A stretch of DNA of 24,000 nucleotides from Bacillus phage Kirov: the sequence record MW084976.1; one strand, written 5' to 3'. Positions within the stretch are counted from its first letter, which is position 1. Each line of letters begins with the position of its first letter. The translations under genes and the position numbers were made by a program. A model generated the notes under the pieces. That model saw only the letters and a list, made by a program, of their open reading frames with translations. It searched no databases and had not been told where the DNA came from. Shown piece after piece: positions 22,951 to 24,000 of the stretch.

Positions 22951-23124
22951 TTAGTCCTCCTTCTCTACTATTACTTCAATTCCTTTAAAGTCATCGTTTT
23001 GATTTGCAAGCACTTGTAGAGCCATGATTACACCATTTACTTTTTCGTCCTCTAAGTATCGTTGAAGTGCTTCAAGCACTTCTTCTTCTGTGATATGAAT
23101 CTTTCTTACATATGTAATTTCCAT
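22951..23124 (-). CDS. Small hypothetical protein (57 aa, not in supplied track)
   Basis: MEITYVRKIHITEEEVLEALQRYLEDEKVNGVIMALQVLANQNDDFKGIEVIVEKED; its 3' end supplies the RBS of the next gene. Confidence 0.7.
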   Translation of the reverse strand: MEITYVRKIHITEEEVLEALQRYLEDEKVNGVIMALQVLANQNDDFKGIEVIVEKED

Positions 23125-23128
23125 TTAA

Positions 23129-23287
23129 TCAGCTCCATATTGTTTTTATTTTAAATCCTTCACGCCATAAGCAGAATACTCTTTTACAACCATTACCGCC
23201 ATCGTAATACATGTGAATGCATAAGATAGGTTTCACATTTAAATCCCACTGCTCTTTACGATGGATTTTAAACTTTCCTATATTCAT
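23129..23287 (-). CDS. Small basic hypothetical protein (52 aa, not in supplied track)
   Basis: MNIGKFKIHRKEQWDLNVKPILCIHMYYDGGNGCKRVFCLWREGFKIKTIWS; abuts neighbours on both sides. Confidence 0.5.
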   Translation of the reverse strand: MNIGKFKIHRKEQWDLNVKPILCIHMYYDGGNGCKRVFCLWREGFKIKTIWS

Positions 23288-23463
23288 TAAACTGTATCCC
23301 TAGCTTTTTTAACCGCTTGGTAGACATCCATAGCGTAATCATCTCGCATATCTTCGCTACCCCAACAATCCGTAACTACAAGCTCTTTTGCCATTCGAAG
23401 GCACTCATTAAGTGCTTCTCTTAAATCATCTCGTTTTTCATCGTAAGTAGTAATTACACCCAT
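23287..23463 (-). CDS. Small hypothetical protein (58 aa, not in supplied track)
   Basis: MGVITTYDEKRDDLREALNECLRMAKELVVTDCWGSEDMRDDYAMDVYQAVKKARDTV; 1-bp stop/start overlap with the 52-aa ORF. Confidence 0.7.
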   Translation of the reverse strand: MGVITTYDEKRDDLREALNECLRMAKELVVTDCWGSEDMRDDYAMDVYQAVKKARDTV

Positions 23464-23464
23464 A

Positions 23465-24000
23465 TTAATTCACCCATTTCTTTAAGTTATGTAATGCTTC
23501 AAACACATCAATAATTTTGCCATCTGGACTTTTTAACATTTCGATAATCTCATCAATTCTATCAACATTCTTTTTTGCCTTTAACTCTTCCACAGTGAAT
23601 GGAGTAGGAGAAACCAGTATGCTCAATCCATGTTCGCCACCATAATCCCACATCTTAGTCCAAGCATATGTGCCTTCTGGCAAATGAAACATCCTCATTT
23701 CACCTGCTTGGATGTCACTCATGTCACACTCTGTACCATGAGATTTTGTTGCAGGATGGATTCGCACCGTCCGTTTTGTATCATTGTAGTATAAGAATTG
23801 ATTAGGTGCAGGTTTAGATTCTACCAACTCTAATTCATCCTCATCCCAGATATTATTGTCTGTATCTTTAATTTCAACGTTGTCAAAAAGGATTTTATAA
23901 GGATAGCAATCAGTGCCATCATAACCTATAACAACTCCTGTTTCACCAAGGAATAACTCTGGTTCATCACTACCTAGACCGCTATTCACCGCTACGACTT
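23465..24000 (-). CDS. Hypothetical protein, partial at right edge (the track's GTG start at 23989 is probably internal)
   Basis: Frame is open upstream of the GTG to the window edge (...VVAVNSGLGSDEPELFLGETGVVIGYDG), which reads as coding. Confidence 0.75.
   Translation of the reverse strand, partial: VVAVNSGLGSDEPELFLGETGVVIGYDGTDCYPYKILFDNVEIKDTDNNIWDEDELELVESKPAPNQFLYYNDTKRTVRIHPATKSHGTECDMSDIQAGEMRMFHLPEGTYAWTKMWDYGGEHGLSILVSPTPFTVEELKAKKNVDRIDEIIEMLKSPDGKIIDVFEALHNLKKWVN

Overview
This window looks like a compact segment of a large lytic-type Firmicutes phage genome. Every supportable gene is on the minus strand, genes are tightly packed or overlapping, and Gram-positive-type ribosome-binding sites (AGGAGG/AAGGAG/GGAGG) precede most starts. 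From right to left the recognisable modules are: many small unknown accessory ORFs (about 20.0-24.0 kb); a NADAR-family protein; a zinc-finger-like protein; a Pol-beta-type nucleotidyltransferase; a type II DNA topoisomerase pair (GyrB/ParE-like, GyrA/ParC-like); an SPFH/prohibitin-like membrane protein preceded by an unannotated 24-aa membrane peptide; a DUF1653-like protein; a class Ib ribonucleotide reductase operon (nrdI, a 75-aa unknown ORF, nrdE, nrdF); a thioredoxin-like protein; a dUTPase with an N-terminal extension; two tandem small proteins sharing a basic tail; a PD-(D/E)XK-like nuclease candidate; three small membrane proteins; a guanylate-kinase-like protein; and a SLOG/DUF2493-like protein. 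The most notable sequence-level signal is a family of 11 minus-strand promoter elements. All have exactly 17-bp spacers, and the spacer itself is conserved (about TTGACA-gAAgcAAAagATAATGA-TATAAT). They partition the region into short operons. I also report leader hairpins in front of the nrd operon and the thioredoxin gene, a 33-bp intergenic hairpin, and several ORFs under 60 aa that are missing from the supplied track. No CRISPR array, tRNA, rRNA, intron, intein or mobile element could be supported. All similarity calls come from motif recognition by eye; no search was run.
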